This document shows positions 28,180 through 29,020 of a stretch of DNA of 29,020 bases, one piece after another. Every line of letters begins with the position of its first letter. Within the stretch, counting starts at the first letter, position 1. Origin of the DNA: Prasinococcaceae sp. CCMP 1430. Lineage: Eukaryota > Plantae > Prasinodermophyta. Under the pieces are notes generated by a model. That model was given only the letters and a program-made list of their open reading frames with translations. It had not been told where the DNA came from and did not search any database. A program made the position numbers and the translations under genes. The stretch is taken from the NCBI GenBank assembly GCA_013416795.1, contig RQSC01001211.1, positions 19,743 to 48,762 on the forward strand, given 5' to 3'.

Positions 28180-29020
28180 TCACTCTGCGGCGGCAGGCTT
28201 GGATTCGGGCACCGACTCCCGCTCCATCGGCGTGTCGGCAGCTGCGTCCTCAGAAGCACCAGCCACGTTGGTTGCGACCGGTCCTGACTGGTTGGTGCGC
28301 CTCGAGGCTTCGGCGGCGACCTCACCCACCTTGGTCGTAATAGTCGATCCAAAGGCCTTGGCCCTGCTCGCGAAAGCGCTGAAGCCACTCGAGACCTTGG
28401 CCATTCCGACCGACACCGTCTCGTTCTGCATGGCGTTGTCCTTCGCGCGGCGAAGCGAGTGGCCGGCGGCGCCGGCGGCCTACCGCGCGGAAGAGGGTCA
28501 GATTGCCACGCGAAGAGGTCAGCGGCGCCTTGCTGGCGTGGGCAACAAGCAGGGGGCGACAGAATCACTCACATCTTTGGCTGCACTGAGAGCACGCGAG
28601 CTCTTCCCCCGGATGTCGAAACGATGGTCGAGGTCGGCCATTTTCTGTTGCACGCCCTCGGTCGCCGCCGCTGCTTGCTCGGAGAGCGACGCGCTGGGCA
28701 GGTTGAAGGCCTGGTCCTCTGTGACCGTTGCCACGCTCACCGAGCAGTACTCGCCCACGAGAGCCTCGAGGAAACCGCGCAGCGTGTCGACATCCGTCGC
28801 CTCCCACAGTGACGTGCTCACGAGGCCCGCAGTGGGAACCATCTGGCGCAGCTTGACCCCCGCGGGCAGCGCCTTGCGTTTGGTCGCGTCCATGACGACC
28901 ATGCAGCAAAAGGGGCACTTTGCGGTGCTCTCCTCGATGGTGAACGTCGCGCTCAGCAGCACGCGAGGCGCCTGCGCGCCCGGCTGCTCGCCGCCCCCCG
29001 CGCCACCGCCGACTTCTTCC
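28180..29020 (-). CDS. Partial gene (5' end outside the window) with a Vip1/BPA1-like C-terminal helical region
   Basis: Exons 28573->29020 and 28180-28479; intron 28480-28572 (GTGAGT...TAG, CTGAC branch, phase 0). The spliced QKMADLDHRFDIRGKSSRALSAAKD...MQNETVSVGMAKVSSGFS resembles the tail of plant BPA1 / fungal Vip1 proteins. The frame is open to the window edge. The gene is solid; the family call is tentative. Confidence 0.55.

Noticed and set aside
6341-28572. Introner-like repeated introns
   Set aside because: The 11 introns share only donor, branch and acceptor motifs plus generic (CG)n runs; I see no extended similarity between them.
1-29020. tRNA, rRNA, transposase/RT/integrase or prokaryotic defence system
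   Set aside because: No supporting motifs, terminal repeats or target-site duplications were seen by eye; tRNAscan, Infernal and RepeatMasker would be decisive.

Overview
Gene-dense, very GC-rich (roughly 65-70% by eye) eukaryotic nuclear DNA from a green alga. The evidence is plastid-targeted NFU, CCB3 and fibrillin, the green-lineage DUF1421/FLOE and HIR families, GT-AG introns with GTGCG donors and CTGAC branch points, and TGTAA poly(A)-type signals. The species cannot be fixed from the sequence; prasinophyte grade is a guess. I support 17 protein-coding genes: sulfotransferase(-), CLASP_N/TOG protein(+), NFU(-), NOP10(+), SAXO/Mn-motif-like protein(-), LRRC72-like(+), 2xRRM-RanBP2-ZnF RBP(-), FLOE/DUF1421(+), CCB3(-), PAP-fibrillin(+), ankyrin-RING(-), glutaminyl cyclase(+), HIR/band-7(-), Elongin A(-), MMACHC/CblC-like(-), EEP nuclease/phosphatase(+) and a partial Vip1/BPA1-like gene(-). 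I inferred 11 introns by hand. There is one 388-N assembly gap. I see no rRNA, tRNA, CRISPR array or recognisable transposon. All family calls come from motif recognition, not database searches. Most notable observations: near-perfect strand alternation with some functionally matched head-to-head pairs; a FLOE homologue with a GPPGPPGPPPP disordered region; a candidate SAXO-like microtubule inner protein; a CblC-like B12 enzyme; a duplicated start creating a TGATG uORF overlap on NFU; distant branch points in the long introns; and an orphan coding-biased fragment at 24795-24932. Several 5' ends lack an in-frame ATG and may be assembly indels.
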